DNA of 64,000 nt from Candidatus Woesearchaeota archaeon (GCA_016181305.1 JACOZN010000010.1:133242-197241); one strand, 5' to 3'; positions 27,259 to 37,750 are shown, counted from the first letter of the stretch. Translations and numbers: made by a program. Notes: generated by a model from the letters alone, not told the origin.

Positions 27259-28272
27259 ATGATTGTAGTGATGAAAAAGAATGCAACCGAAAACCAGGTG
27301 CAAAGAGTGGTTGAGAAGATACAGGAAAGCGGCTTGAAAGCGCACCTGTCGAAAGGAGATATAGTGACAATAATAGGGATTATAGGCGATGAAAGGAAAG
27401 TCCCGGAGTCGCAGATAAGGGCGATAGAGGGTGTGGAGAAGATTATGCCTGTGCTCGCCCCCTACAAGCTTGCAAGCAGGGACTTCAAGCCCGATAACAC
27501 AATAATAAGCGTTGACGGGGTCAAAATCGGCGGCAATGAGGTTGTTGTGATGGCAGGCCCCTGCTCTGTTGAAAGCAGGGAGCAGATTATAGAAACTGCT
27601 AAAGCCATAAAAAAATCAGGGGCAAAAGTATTAAGAGGCGGCGCATTCAAGCCAAGAACATCGCCTTATTCCTTCCAGGGCTTGGGAGAGGAAGGGTTAA
27701 AATTGCTGAAGCATGCAAAGGAGGAAACAGGCATGCCGATAGTAACAGAGGTAATGGACACCAGAAACGTGCCTTTGGTGTGCAAGTATGCTGACATCCT
27801 GCAGCTTGGCGCAAGAAACATGCAGAATTATGACTTATTAAAGGAAGTCGGAAGGTGCAAGCGCCCTGTTTTATTAAAAAGAGGGCTTTCAGCTACAATA
27901 ACAGAATGGCTCATGAGCGCAGAATACATAATGTCAGAGGGCAACCATAACATAATTTTGTGCGAGCGTGGCATAAGGACATTTGAAACTCTTACAAGAA
28001 ACACTCTGGACCTGAATGCAGTGCCTGCTGTAAAGGAGCTAACACATTTGCCGGTTATAGTCGACCCAAGCCATGGGACTGGAAAGTATACTTTGGTCAG
28101 CCCGATGGCTAAAGCTGCAGTTGCCGCAGGAGCAGACGGGCTATTAATTGAAGTCCATACAAATCCTGAAAAATCAGTCAGCGATGCCGACCAAACCATA
28201 AGCACAAAAAGATTTGAGAATCTCATGAGAGAGCTAAAGCTTATAGCAAGCGCAATAGGAAGAAAGGTGTAA
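27259..28272 (+). CDS. aroG: 3-deoxy-7-phosphoheptulonate (DAHP) synthase, type I-beta with an N-terminal ferredoxin-like regulatory domain
   Basis: KDO8P/DAHP synthase core with GPCSVES, KPRTSPYSFQG and DPSHG. The N-terminal extension of about 80 aa resembles the Thermotoga-type allosteric domain. Confidence 0.85.
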   Translation: MIVVMKKNATENQVQRVVEKIQESGLKAHLSKGDIVTIIGIIGDERKVPESQIRAIEGVEKIMPVLAPYKLASRDFKPDNTIISVDGVKIGGNEVVVMAGPCSVESREQIIETAKAIKKSGAKVLRGGAFKPRTSPYSFQGLGEEGLKLLKHAKEETGMPIVTEVMDTRNVPLVCKYADILQLGARNMQNYDLLKEVGRCKRPVLLKRGLSATITEWLMSAEYIMSEGNHNIILCERGIRTFETLTRNTLDLNAVPAVKELTHLPVIVDPSHGTGKYTLVSPMAKAAVAAGADGLLIEVHTNPEKSVSDADQTISTKRFENLMRELKLIASAIGRKV

Positions 28273-28273
28273 G

Positions 28274-29362
28274 ATGGAAGTTGTAAAAGTTGATTTGAGG
28301 GAAGAGATAGACAACTCTTATGATATCACCATCGGCAGGGGCTTATTGGAAGGCCTTGCCATGGAACTAAAAAAAAATCCCGCAAATAAGTTTGTGATAA
28401 TAACGGACTCCAATATTGCAGGAACCTATGGCAAAAGGCTCCTTAACGATTTGAAGAAGAGGAATATTGGCGCACATTTGATAAATTTTCCCGCAGGAGA
28501 GAAAAGCAAGACAAGAAAAACAAAAGAAAAGATAGAAAATGAAATGCTTAAGCTTGCTTTAGGAAGGGATGCCTGCATCATTTCTCTTGGAGGCGGTGTT
28601 GCAGGGGATATTGCCGGGTTTGCAGCGGCAACCTACATGAGGGGAATTCCGTACATTCAGGTGCCTACAACCTTGCTTGCAATGGTTGACAGCTCCATAG
28701 GGGGAAAAGTTGCCGTTGATACTATGCATGCAAAAAACGCAATAGGCTCATTCTACCAGCCAAAAAAAGTTGTCGTTGACCTGAATTTCCTTAAAACACT
28801 GCCAAAAAAAGAGTTGGTGAACGGGCTGGCAGAGCTGATAAAGCATGCCCTGATAAAAGACAGGGGTTTTTTCCATTTTATAGAAAAAAACATCGGCGGG
28901 ATTCTGGCCTGTGATGCGGACATTTTGAAGACTGCGATAAAAAGGAGCTGCGAGATTAAAGCGGATATTGTGATGCAGGATGAAAAGGAAAAAGGAATTA
29001 GAAGAATCCTCAACTACGGGCATACAATCGGGCACGCTATTGAATCCTCATTGGGCTACAAAATAAGCCACGGCAATGCTATTGCCATTGGAATGGGCTA
29101 TGCTGCAAAGCTTTCCGCCAAGCTTGGTTTTCTGCATGAAGGCTCTGTTATAAGGCAGAATAACCTGCTGGAATACATAGGACTGCCGCATAAGTTAAGC
29201 CATCACAAGCTAAAGCCCAGGAAGATACTTGAGCATATACAATACGATAAAAAAATAACGAACGGCAGAATAAATTTTGTATTGCTGAATTCCATAGGAG
29301 ATGCATTTGTCTCTGATGATGTCGCGATAGAAGACATTAAAAATATTCTTGAAGAACGATAA
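28274..29362 (+). CDS. aroB: 3-dehydroquinate synthase
   Basis: GGGVAGDIAGFAAATYMRGIPYIQVPTTLLAMVDSSIGGK motif block. Confidence 0.9.
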   Translation: MEVVKVDLREEIDNSYDITIGRGLLEGLAMELKKNPANKFVIITDSNIAGTYGKRLLNDLKKRNIGAHLINFPAGEKSKTRKTKEKIENEMLKLALGRDACIISLGGGVAGDIAGFAAATYMRGIPYIQVPTTLLAMVDSSIGGKVAVDTMHAKNAIGSFYQPKKVVVDLNFLKTLPKKELVNGLAELIKHALIKDRGFFHFIEKNIGGILACDADILKTAIKRSCEIKADIVMQDEKEKGIRRILNYGHTIGHAIESSLGYKISHGNAIAIGMGYAAKLSAKLGFLHEGSVIRQNNLLEYIGLPHKLSHHKLKPRKILEHIQYDKKITNGRINFVLLNSIGDAFVSDDVAIEDIKNILEER

Positions 29363-29363
29363 A

Positions 29364-30827
29364 ATGCTGGCAGCTGTAATAACAGAACTCAAAGACATTC
29401 CAAAAGCAAAAGATGCCGATTTGATAGAGCTGAGGCTGGATTATATAAAAGGATTGAATAATACAAAGCTAAAAAGCTTGATAGAAAACTGCAAGAAACC
29501 TGTAATTGTGACGAATAGGAAAAAGGGCGAAGGCGGCCTCTTTAATGGAAGCGAGGCAAAAAGAATTGAAATATTAAAAAATGCTATTAAATTTGGTGCA
29601 GGCTATGCTGATATTGAATATTCTTCAGGTAAAGAATCTATAAGAAATTTAATCCAAAATAAAAGGAAAACAAAGATAATTGTCTCTTACCATAATTTTA
29701 AAGAAACGCCGGCAAATATCAAAAAGATCTACGGCAATATCAAGAAATTAAATCCTGACTTGATCAAAATAGCCACTAATGCGCGCTCTGTCACTGACAA
29801 CTTCAGGGTATTCGGCTTAATCGGGAAAGCGAATAAAGAGAAAAGGAAAATAATTGCTTTCTGCATGGGAGGCTATGGAAAATTCAGCAGAATCTTAAGC
29901 ATAATTCTCGGCTCGCAGGTAACTTATGCGTCAACCGGCAAAGGAAAAGAATCCGCAGGCGGGCAATTAACAATGAATGAGATGGTTGAGCATTATAGAA
30001 TTAAAAAAATAAATAAAAACACTAAAATTGTCGGCTTGATAGGAAATCCCGTTGAACATTCCTGGTCGCATATAATGCATAATGCCGCTTTTGATAGATT
30101 AGACATTAATGCAGTTTATCTGAAATTTCAGGCAGATAAGCTGAAAGAGTTTATTGAACACATGAAAAATCTGGATATAATCGGCTTTAGCGTCACAATC
30201 CCGCATAAAGTTGAAGTTATGAGATATCTTGATGAGATAGACAAACAAGCGAAGGGGATTAGCGCAGTCAATACTATTGTTGTGAAAAACGGCAGATTAA
30301 TTGGGTACAATACAGACTGCCCGGGAGCCATAAAATCATTGAAGCGAATAACAGAATTAAAAGGAAAGAATGCTGTTGTCTTAGGTGCAGGCGGGGCAGC
30401 AAGGGCAATAATTTATGGTTTGATGGAGAATAAATCAAATGTTAAGATATTGAACAGGACTGCTGAAAAAGCAAAATTATTAGCTGATTATTTCAAGTGC
30501 GATTATGGCTCTTTAGATGATATTAAAAAAACTGATTATGATATTCTAATTAATACCACCCCTGCCGGAATGCACCCGCACATAGGCGGCTCCCCTGTTC
30601 CGCCCGACTGCATCAAAAACGGCGCTGTTGTTTTTGACATGGTTTTTAACCCTTACAAGACAAAATTGCTTGTTGAAGCTGAAAAGAGGAATTGCAGAAT
30701 AATTGCCGGGTTTGAGATGCTGATTCACGGGGCTCTGCTGCAATTCAAGCTATGGACCGGAAAAGAAGCCCCAGAGCGATTAATGCGGCTAAAAGTTATG
30801 GAGTTTTTAAAAAATGCTGGCCATTAA
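29364..30827 (+). CDS. bifunctional 3-dehydroquinate dehydratase (type I) / shikimate 5-dehydrogenase fusion
   Basis: N-terminal half has the type-I DHQase architecture. C-terminal half has the SDH motifs GLIGNPVEHSWS and GAGGAARA. The ATG at 29364 follows the aroB stop; the track start at 29349 is TTG. Confidence 0.85.
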   Translation: MLAAVITELKDIPKAKDADLIELRLDYIKGLNNTKLKSLIENCKKPVIVTNRKKGEGGLFNGSEAKRIEILKNAIKFGAGYADIEYSSGKESIRNLIQNKRKTKIIVSYHNFKETPANIKKIYGNIKKLNPDLIKIATNARSVTDNFRVFGLIGKANKEKRKIIAFCMGGYGKFSRILSIILGSQVTYASTGKGKESAGGQLTMNEMVEHYRIKKINKNTKIVGLIGNPVEHSWSHIMHNAAFDRLDINAVYLKFQADKLKEFIEHMKNLDIIGFSVTIPHKVEVMRYLDEIDKQAKGISAVNTIVVKNGRLIGYNTDCPGAIKSLKRITELKGKNAVVLGAGGAARAIIYGLMENKSNVKILNRTAEKAKLLADYFKCDYGSLDDIKKTDYDILINTTPAGMHPHIGGSPVPPDCIKNGAVVFDMVFNPYKTKLLVEAEKRNCRIIAGFEMLIHGALLQFKLWTGKEAPERLMRLKVMEFLKNAGH

Positions 30828-32070
30828 AACAAAAAAATATGTCAAAGCTGTGATTGAAGCGCCGCCATCAAAAAGCTATACCCAGAGGGCTTTGGTGATT
30901 GCAGCTCTTGCCAACGGCAAATCAGTTATAAAAAACCCGTTATTCAGCGACGACACCTGCCATATGATTTCTGCGTTGAAAGCGTTTGGGGCAAGGATAG
31001 AGAGAAAAGGCAGCAGCCTTGCTGTTTACGGAACAAACGGAAAGCTCAAGCAGCCAAAAGGCAGGATTTTTGCAGGGAATGCAGGCACGACAATGCGGTT
31101 CATAACAGCTTTTGCCTCCCTTGCTGACGGGGCTTCTGTAATAACAGGAGACAAGAGGATGCAGCAACGTCCAATAAACGACCTGCTTGATGCACTGCGG
31201 CAATTAGGGGTGAAAAGCGAAAGCAGCAGCGGATGCCCGCCTGTAAAGATTTACGGGGGAAATTTTATCGGCGGAACTGCGAAATTAAAAGGCAGCATAA
31301 GCAGCCAGTATTTATCATCCATTCTTATGGTTGCGCCATACGCCGAAAAGGATGTAAAAATAAGCATTACGGGGAACCTGGCATCAAAGCCGTATGTTGA
31401 CATAACCATAGATGTCATGAAGAATTTTGGAGTTGACATAAAAAATGTAAAATATGAAAAATTTATAATAAAAAACACCAAAAAATACAAATCTGGGGAT
31501 TATGCTGTTGAGGGCGACGCCTCGAGCGCGAGCTACTTCTTTGCAGCAGCTGCCGTGACAAAAGGAAGAATAATGGTAAAGAATATAAACCCCAAATCAA
31601 AACAGGGAGATATAAAGTTTGTTGACATACTAAAAAGAATGGGGTGTGGCGTAAGGAATGGAAACAGCTTTATCGAGGTGCAGGGTGGCAGCCTCAAAGG
31701 CGTTGATGTTGACATGAACGAGATGCCTGATATCGTGCCTACACTTGCTGTGACGGGCCTTTTTGCAGATTCGGCAACCACAATAAGAAATGTGCCCAAC
31801 CTGCGGCTGAAGGAGACTGACAGGCTTAGGGCCCTGGCGTTTGAACTTAGAAAGACAGGCGCCAATGTGGAAGAAATGCAGGACGGATTGCGTATAAAAA
31901 GAAGAAGGCTGCAAAAAGCGATAATTGAAACTTATAATGACCACAGGATGGCAATGAGCTTTGCCGTAGCGGGCTTGGTTATCAATGGGATAAGGATAAA
32001 AAACCCAGGCTGCGTTGCAAAATCATTTCCTGATTTTTGGGAAAAATTCAACGAGATGTATAAAAGATGA
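30814..32070 (+). CDS. aroA: 3-phosphoshikimate 1-carboxyvinyltransferase (EPSP synthase)
   Basis: PPSKSYTQRAL, GNAGTTMRF and RMAMSFAVAG motifs. Confidence 0.9.
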   Translation: MLAIKTKKYVKAVIEAPPSKSYTQRALVIAALANGKSVIKNPLFSDDTCHMISALKAFGARIERKGSSLAVYGTNGKLKQPKGRIFAGNAGTTMRFITAFASLADGASVITGDKRMQQRPINDLLDALRQLGVKSESSSGCPPVKIYGGNFIGGTAKLKGSISSQYLSSILMVAPYAEKDVKISITGNLASKPYVDITIDVMKNFGVDIKNVKYEKFIIKNTKKYKSGDYAVEGDASSASYFFAAAAVTKGRIMVKNINPKSKQGDIKFVDILKRMGCGVRNGNSFIEVQGGSLKGVDVDMNEMPDIVPTLAVTGLFADSATTIRNVPNLRLKETDRLRALAFELRKTGANVEEMQDGLRIKRRRLQKAIIETYNDHRMAMSFAVAGLVINGIRIKNPGCVAKSFPDFWEKFNEMYKR

Positions 32071-32576
32071 ATATAGCGCTTATAGGCTTCAGGGGAACTG
32101 GCAAAACAACCTTATGCAGGCTGCTTGCCAACAGGCTCGACAGGAAGCTCATATCAACAGACGAGGAAATAGAGAAGAGAACAAAAATGAGCATAGCCAA
32201 GTTTGTGAAAAAATACGGCTGGGAGAGGTTCAGGGAAATCGAGGCCGATGTTATAGAAAGCATCAGCGACTTTGATGACTGTGTGTTTGACACGGGCGGA
32301 GGCATTATAATGAGGAATGAGAATATTATCAACCTGAAAAAAAACACTTTGATTGTGCTGCTGACTGCTGATATAAAGACAATAACAAGCAGGCTCAAAA
32401 ACAATAAAAGGCCTGCACTGACGAAAAGCAATTACCTTGACGAGATAAAGGATGTACTGAAGGAGCGCGAGGAAAGGTACAAAACAGCAGCGGATTATGC
32501 CATTGACACGTCAAGGCTGGCTCCTGAAGAGGCATGCGATTTGATTATGCACTATGTGCAGATGGAGATGCAATAA
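32067..32576 (+). CDS. aroK: shikimate kinase, bacterial AroK/AroL (P-loop NMP-kinase) type
   Basis: GFRGTGKTT Walker A and about 170 aa. This is not the GHMP-type shikimate kinase typical of archaea. Confidence 0.8.
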   Translation: MNIALIGFRGTGKTTLCRLLANRLDRKLISTDEEIEKRTKMSIAKFVKKYGWERFREIEADVIESISDFDDCVFDTGGGIIMRNENIINLKKNTLIVLLTADIKTITSRLKNNKRPALTKSNYLDEIKDVLKEREERYKTAADYAIDTSRLAPEEACDLIMHYVQMEMQ

Positions 32577-32578
32577 AA

Positions 32579-33661
32579 ATGTCCAATTCTTTCGGAACAC
32601 TGTTCAGGATAACAACATGGGGCGAGAGCCACGGAAAGGCGATCGGGGTTGTAGTAGACGGATGCCCTGCCGGGCTTGAGCTGGGCGGAGAAGATGTGCA
32701 GAGAGAGCTTGATAAAAGGGCGCCGGGGCAGAGCGAGGTAACGAGCCCGAGAAAAGAGGCTGACAAAGCTGAGATTCTTTCAGGAGTATTTGAAGGCAAG
32801 ACCACAGGAACCCCCATATCAATGGTTATCTGCAACAAAGATGCAGATTCCTCAAAATATGAAAAAATAAAGCACTTGCTGAGGCCGGGGCATGCAGACT
32901 TCACTTACCAGGTTAAATACGGCTTTAGGGATTACAGGGGCGGGGGAAGAAGCTCTGCGAGGGAAACAGCTGCAAGGGTCGCTGCCGGCGCGATTGCAAA
33001 AAAACTGCTTGCAAAGCATGGGATAACCATCATCGCTTATGTCAGGGAAATTGCAGGCATAAAGGCTACTAAAATAGACTTTAAGGAGGTTTACAAAAAT
33101 GATGTTAGGTGCCCTGACAGGAATGCAGCAAAAAAGATGGAGCATGCTATCCTTAAGGCTAAAAACAGCGGAGATTCTGTCGGAGGCATCTGCGAAATTA
33201 TAGCGTTAAATGCGCCTGCAGGCTTGGGCAAGCCCATCTACAACAAGCTGGAGTCCGACTTGGGTTCTGCAATACTGGGCATTAATGCTGTGAAAGGCGT
33301 CGAGTTTGGCGCCGGATTTGAACTTGCAAAGATGAAAGGCAGCCGATCAAATGACGAGTTCATTGTAAAAAACAATAAGATCACCACTAAAACCAACAAT
33401 CACGGAGGCATTCTTGGCGGGATTTCCACAGGCATGCCTATTGTAATAAGGGCAGTTGTAAAGCCTGCATCCAGCATATTAAAGAAGCAGCATACAATCA
33501 ACTACAAAACTATGAAGCAGGAGACAATCTCGGTGGAAGGCAGGCACGACCCCGCAACTATTGTGAGGTTTCCGCCTATAGCAGAAGCAATGGCTGCAAT
33601 TGTGCTGGCAGACCACATGCTGATGGCGGGAAAGATAAATCCTGACAAGCTTATAAAGTGA
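32579..33661 (+). CDS. aroC: chorismate synthase
   Basis: MSNSFGTLFRITTWGESHG start. The track ORF begins at an upstream in-frame ATG (32534) that overlaps aroK. Confidence 0.9.
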   Translation: MSNSFGTLFRITTWGESHGKAIGVVVDGCPAGLELGGEDVQRELDKRAPGQSEVTSPRKEADKAEILSGVFEGKTTGTPISMVICNKDADSSKYEKIKHLLRPGHADFTYQVKYGFRDYRGGGRSSARETAARVAAGAIAKKLLAKHGITIIAYVREIAGIKATKIDFKEVYKNDVRCPDRNAAKKMEHAILKAKNSGDSVGGICEIIALNAPAGLGKPIYNKLESDLGSAILGINAVKGVEFGAGFELAKMKGSRSNDEFIVKNNKITTKTNNHGGILGGISTGMPIVIRAVVKPASSILKKQHTINYKTMKQETISVEGRHDPATIVRFPPIAEAMAAIVLADHMLMAGKINPDKLIK

Positions 33662-34497
33662 TTTCTATGGTTACGGTAGGCATAATCGGCGGCACCGGGC
33701 AGATGGGGCAGTTTTTCAGGAGATTTTTTGAGAAGAACAAATGCAGGGTTTTGATTGCCTCGAGAAAAACAAAATTAAAGCCGGAAGACTGCGCAAGGCA
33801 AAGCGATGTTGTTTTGGTTTCTGTGCCGATGGATGTGACTGTGGGAGTAATCAAAAAAATAGCCAGTTGCATCAGCAAGAATTCCCTGCTGATTGATACA
33901 ACCTCCATTAAAAACGAGCCTGTCAAAGCCATGCTTAAGCATGCAAAATGCGAAGTTATAGGGATGCACCCTGTTTTTGGGCCGAATGTAAATTCATTGA
34001 GGAGCCAGACTGTTGTTTTGTGCCCGGCAAGAACAAAAAAATGGCTGCAGTGGCTGAAAGGCATTTTCGAGAGAAATGGCGCAAGGGTGAAATTATCAAC
34101 TCCTGAAAAGCATGACGAGATGATGTCTGTAATACAGGGCTTAAATCACTTCAGCACCTTAAGCGTTGCCCATGCCATGAAGATGCTTGGCATAAGCGTG
34201 AAAGAAAGCCTGGAATACACAAGCCCGGTTTACAGGCTTAGGATGGCTATGGTCGGCAGGATATTAAAACAGGACCCAAACCTGTACGCAAGCATAGAGA
34301 TGATGAATCCAAAAAACAAAGATGTGCTAAAAGCTTATGCAGAATCCTCAAAAAAGCTCAGGAGTATAATTGAAACAAAAGACACAAAGGCATTTTTGGA
34401 GTATTTTAACGAGTGCTCTAAGTTTTTTGGCGGCTTTAAAGAAGAGGCTGAGGAATTAAGCGATTACCTGATAGGGCAGATGGTGAAAAGGAAATGA
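33658..34497 (+). CDS. tyrA: prephenate dehydrogenase
   Basis: GIIGGTGQMG Rossmann motif and a PDH fold. The track start is GTG; the ATG at 33667 is also possible. Confidence 0.8.
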   Translation: MISMVTVGIIGGTGQMGQFFRRFFEKNKCRVLIASRKTKLKPEDCARQSDVVLVSVPMDVTVGVIKKIASCISKNSLLIDTTSIKNEPVKAMLKHAKCEVIGMHPVFGPNVNSLRSQTVVLCPARTKKWLQWLKGIFERNGARVKLSTPEKHDEMMSVIQGLNHFSTLSVAHAMKMLGISVKESLEYTSPVYRLRMAMVGRILKQDPNLYASIEMMNPKNKDVLKAYAESSKKLRSIIETKDTKAFLEYFNECSKFFGGFKEEAEELSDYLIGQMVKRK

Positions 34498-35303
34498 AAA
34501 TAGCAACCCTTGGCCCGGAAGGCACTTTCAGCCACGAGGCTGCCATGAAGTATGATAGGAAGGCATCAATAATTTTTACAGATACAATAAGGGACGTGTT
34601 TGAAGCAGTTTCAAAAAATAAGGCTGACTGCGGAATTGCACCAATTGAAAACTCCATTGCAGGAACCGTTGGGCAAACTCTGGATTACCTAATGGAGTTC
34701 GGGCTTAAAACAAAGGCAGAGGAAATACTTCCGATAAGGCATAACCTTGCGGGGTTCGGAAAAATTAACGGAATAAAAATAGTTTACCTGCATCCGCAGA
34801 CTTATGAGCAGTGCGAGATTTTTATCAAAAGAAACCTTCCCAAGGCTGAAGTACTGCAGACGTCAAGCAACGGGAAATCAGCTGAAATGCTCGCCAAATC
34901 AAAATCAAAGGAAGATGCTGCCATAATACCCAAAATTGCTGCTGATATATACGGGCTTAAGATTCTGAAAAAGGATGTGCAGGATGCAAAGTTCAACGTT
35001 ACAAGGTTCTTTGTGATTGCAAAGAGCGACAGCAAAAAAACCGGCTATGACAGGACTAGCATAGCACTATATCCCCAGGTTGACAGGCCCGGACTGCTTT
35101 ACGAGATGCTTGGCGAGTTTGCAAAAAGAAAGATTAACCTGACAAAAATTGAGTCAAGGCCTTCGAAAGGCAAGCTCGGCGACTATATCTTTTACATAGA
35201 CTTTGAAGGGCATAAATCAGAAAAGCACATAGGAGAAGCCCTGAAACAGCTTGAGAAATCCGCGTTTGTAGCAGTGCTTGGCAGCTACCAGAGAAAGTAT
35301 TAA
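34494..35303 (+). CDS. pheA: prephenate dehydratase with a C-terminal ACT domain
   Basis: GPEGTFSHEAA start, TRF and ESRP motifs, and an ACT domain. Confidence 0.85.
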   Translation: MKIATLGPEGTFSHEAAMKYDRKASIIFTDTIRDVFEAVSKNKADCGIAPIENSIAGTVGQTLDYLMEFGLKTKAEEILPIRHNLAGFGKINGIKIVYLHPQTYEQCEIFIKRNLPKAEVLQTSSNGKSAEMLAKSKSKEDAAIIPKIAADIYGLKILKKDVQDAKFNVTRFFVIAKSDSKKTGYDRTSIALYPQVDRPGLLYEMLGEFAKRKINLTKIESRPSKGKLGDYIFYIDFEGHKSEKHIGEALKQLEKSAFVAVLGSYQRKY

Positions 35304-35318
35304 AATAACTTCGATAAA

Positions 35319-36206
35319 ATGCCGAAAAATGAATTAGATGAATTATCTGAGGAAGAAAAGAAGCTGGAAGCCTATTGGAACGAGGTTCTTATCAATTTAA
35401 AAGATCGAAATGGCAGAATAGATCTTGGTTATATATGGACTGATGAAGTAAAAAAAGGTTTTGAAGGAATCAAAAAAGAATTAGGGAAGATTACTTTTAT
35501 TCTTGGAAAATTGCATGTACATTACAAAACAGATAAAAAAAAGTATAATAAAGAAATTAATGATATTAGAAATTTGCTTCGGTATATTAGCAAAATAAAA
35601 CCTACAGCTGAATGGGTTAAACAAGTTCTTATTGATTTGCAACAAATCGTATCGGATGTTGAAAGTGAAAAATTAGGAAAGATAGCTTTAAATATTTCTT
35701 ATAAATTAGGACGAGAACTGATAAGAAATTTTTTCCCAGACATACCTTCGCATCGTATTTTTGTACATATATTTTTTGTGGAAGAGTCAAAAGAAATTCC
35801 AGGTTGGTTTACTCAAAAAGATCCTCTGGGGTATACAGTTACTGGACCTATGCCAATGTCTCTGATTAAACTAAATAACTATGAATCTATCTTAAAAGGC
35901 TTACTTGGACATGAATTTTCTCATATTGTGTTGGGGCATAATGACGGACTTAGGAATAGAGTATATGGATTTTTTTCTAAAAGATTTAGGCTATTTGGTA
36001 GTAGAATTACAGGAGCAACTATAGGAGCAATGGAAAAAGCAGCTGATAAAGAAACAATAAGAAGAGGTCTTGGGAAAGAGTTATACCAAAGTACTGCATA
36101 TTTCGAAAGTTTAGCAAAACAATACGGAAAAGAAAAAGAGAGGTATCAAAGTGGTCGCGTAGGCTATACTAGCGAACAAATAAAAGCATTAATTAATGAA
36201 AAATAA
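35319..36206 (+). CDS. hypothetical HExxH zinc-metalloprotease-like protein
   Basis: LLGHEFSHIVLGH motif. AT-rich codons. It sits between pheA and pheS. Confidence 0.45.
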   Translation: MPKNELDELSEEEKKLEAYWNEVLINLKDRNGRIDLGYIWTDEVKKGFEGIKKELGKITFILGKLHVHYKTDKKKYNKEINDIRNLLRYISKIKPTAEWVKQVLIDLQQIVSDVESEKLGKIALNISYKLGRELIRNFFPDIPSHRIFVHIFFVEESKEIPGWFTQKDPLGYTVTGPMPMSLIKLNNYESILKGLLGHEFSHIVLGHNDGLRNRVYGFFSKRFRLFGSRITGATIGAMEKAADKETIRRGLGKELYQSTAYFESLAKQYGKEKERYQSGRVGYTSEQIKALINEK

Positions 36207-36217
36207 TTGTATATAAA

Positions 36218-37738
36218 ATGGACATCAAGAAACTGGCAGAAAGCCTGAATCCAGCCGAGAGAAAAGTTGTGAAGATTCTTGATAATTTCAGCTCTTTCCA
36301 TGATATTGTGAAAGCTACAGGGCTTAAGGATGTCGAGGTTGCAAGGGCATTGCAGTGGCTCCAGAACAAGGGCGTCATAAGGCTAAAGGAAGAGCAGAAA
36401 GAGCTTGTTTCTCTTGATGAAAACGGCGGGAAATACCTGAAACATGGGTTGCCTGAAAAAAGGTTTTTGGAACTGCTGGAAAGGCCGGCTGGCATAGGCG
36501 AATTAAGGAAAAAAACCGGGCTAAGCGACGAGGAAATTTCAATATCGCTTGGAGTCTTAAAATCAAAGGCCGCTATTGAGATACAAAAGGGCAAGAATAT
36601 TATTGTGTCGATAACAGACAACGGAAGGCATCTGCTGAAGAAAGGCTTTATTGAAGAGCAATTTCTCAAAGAGAATTTTCCAAGAGATGCAGCATCCCTT
36701 AATGAAGAGGAAAGATTCGTGCTCGGGAATCTAAGAAAAAGAAAAAGGATAGTAAAGGTTGAGCTGACAAAGATTGTAGATGCAGGGCTTACTGAGATAG
36801 GCAAGAGATTATTAAAAGAAAAGCTTGAAGAAGGCTTAATAGAAAAAATAACTCCGTCTTTAATAAAAACAGGCGCCTGGAAAAACAAAAAATTCAGAAG
36901 GTTTGATGTAAAGGTCAATGTCCCTTCAATTTTTGCAGGGAGAAAGCAGCACTACAGGAGATTTCTCGAAGAGGTTAGGCAGAAATTTGTTGCCCTTGGA
37001 TTCAAGGAAATGACCGGGCCTGTTGTTGAAAGCGATTTCTGGGATATGGATGCACTGTACATGCCGCAGTTCCATTCGGCAAGGGACATCCACCAGGGCT
37101 ATTACATAAAAGAGCCGAAATACGCCAAGGATTTGCCTGAGAATGCTGTTAAGAATGTAAAAGCTGCTCATGAAAACGGCTTTGGGACCGGAAGCAGGGG
37201 CTGGCGATATGATTTTGACGTGAAAAAAACCCGCAGGCACATCCTAAGGACTCATGACACATCAATATCAGCAAGAACTCTGGCTTCAAGGGAGCTAAAA
37301 ATTCCAGGCAAATATTTCCAGGTTGCAAGATGCTTCAGGTATGATGTGATTGACGCAACACACCTGCCTGACTTCAACCAGGTGGGGGGATTTGTGATAG
37401 AGGATGGCATGAATTTCGGGCACTTAAAGGCCCTGCTGAAGCTCTTTGCAAAGGAGTTTGCAGAAACAGAGGAAGTAAGGGTAAAGCCGAGCTATTTTCC
37501 GTTTACGGAGCCGAGCGCTGAGCTGCAGGCAAAGCACCCCGAGATGGGGTGGATAGAGCTTGCAGGAGCAGGCATTTTCCGTCCGGAATTGGTCAAGCCA
37601 TTGGTTGGAAAAGAAGTGCCTGTTATTGCGTGGGGAGTGGGGCTTGACAGGCTGGCAATGTTCAAGCTCGGAATAAAAGACATAAGACAATTATTTTCAC
37701 ATGACCTGGAGTTTTTAAGAAATGCAAAAGTAGTCTGA
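36218..37738 (+). CDS. pheS: phenylalanyl-tRNA synthetase alpha subunit (archaeal type with N-terminal winged-helix domains)
   Basis: Class-II motifs FRYD, GAGIFRPE and GVGLDRLAM. Confidence 0.9.
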   Translation: MDIKKLAESLNPAERKVVKILDNFSSFHDIVKATGLKDVEVARALQWLQNKGVIRLKEEQKELVSLDENGGKYLKHGLPEKRFLELLERPAGIGELRKKTGLSDEEISISLGVLKSKAAIEIQKGKNIIVSITDNGRHLLKKGFIEEQFLKENFPRDAASLNEEERFVLGNLRKRKRIVKVELTKIVDAGLTEIGKRLLKEKLEEGLIEKITPSLIKTGAWKNKKFRRFDVKVNVPSIFAGRKQHYRRFLEEVRQKFVALGFKEMTGPVVESDFWDMDALYMPQFHSARDIHQGYYIKEPKYAKDLPENAVKNVKAAHENGFGTGSRGWRYDFDVKKTRRHILRTHDTSISARTLASRELKIPGKYFQVARCFRYDVIDATHLPDFNQVGGFVIEDGMNFGHLKALLKLFAKEFAETEEVRVKPSYFPFTEPSAELQAKHPEMGWIELAGAGIFRPELVKPLVGKEVPVIAWGVGLDRLAMFKLGIKDIRQLFSHDLEFLRNAKVV

Positions 37739-37750
37739 ATAACAGATAAA

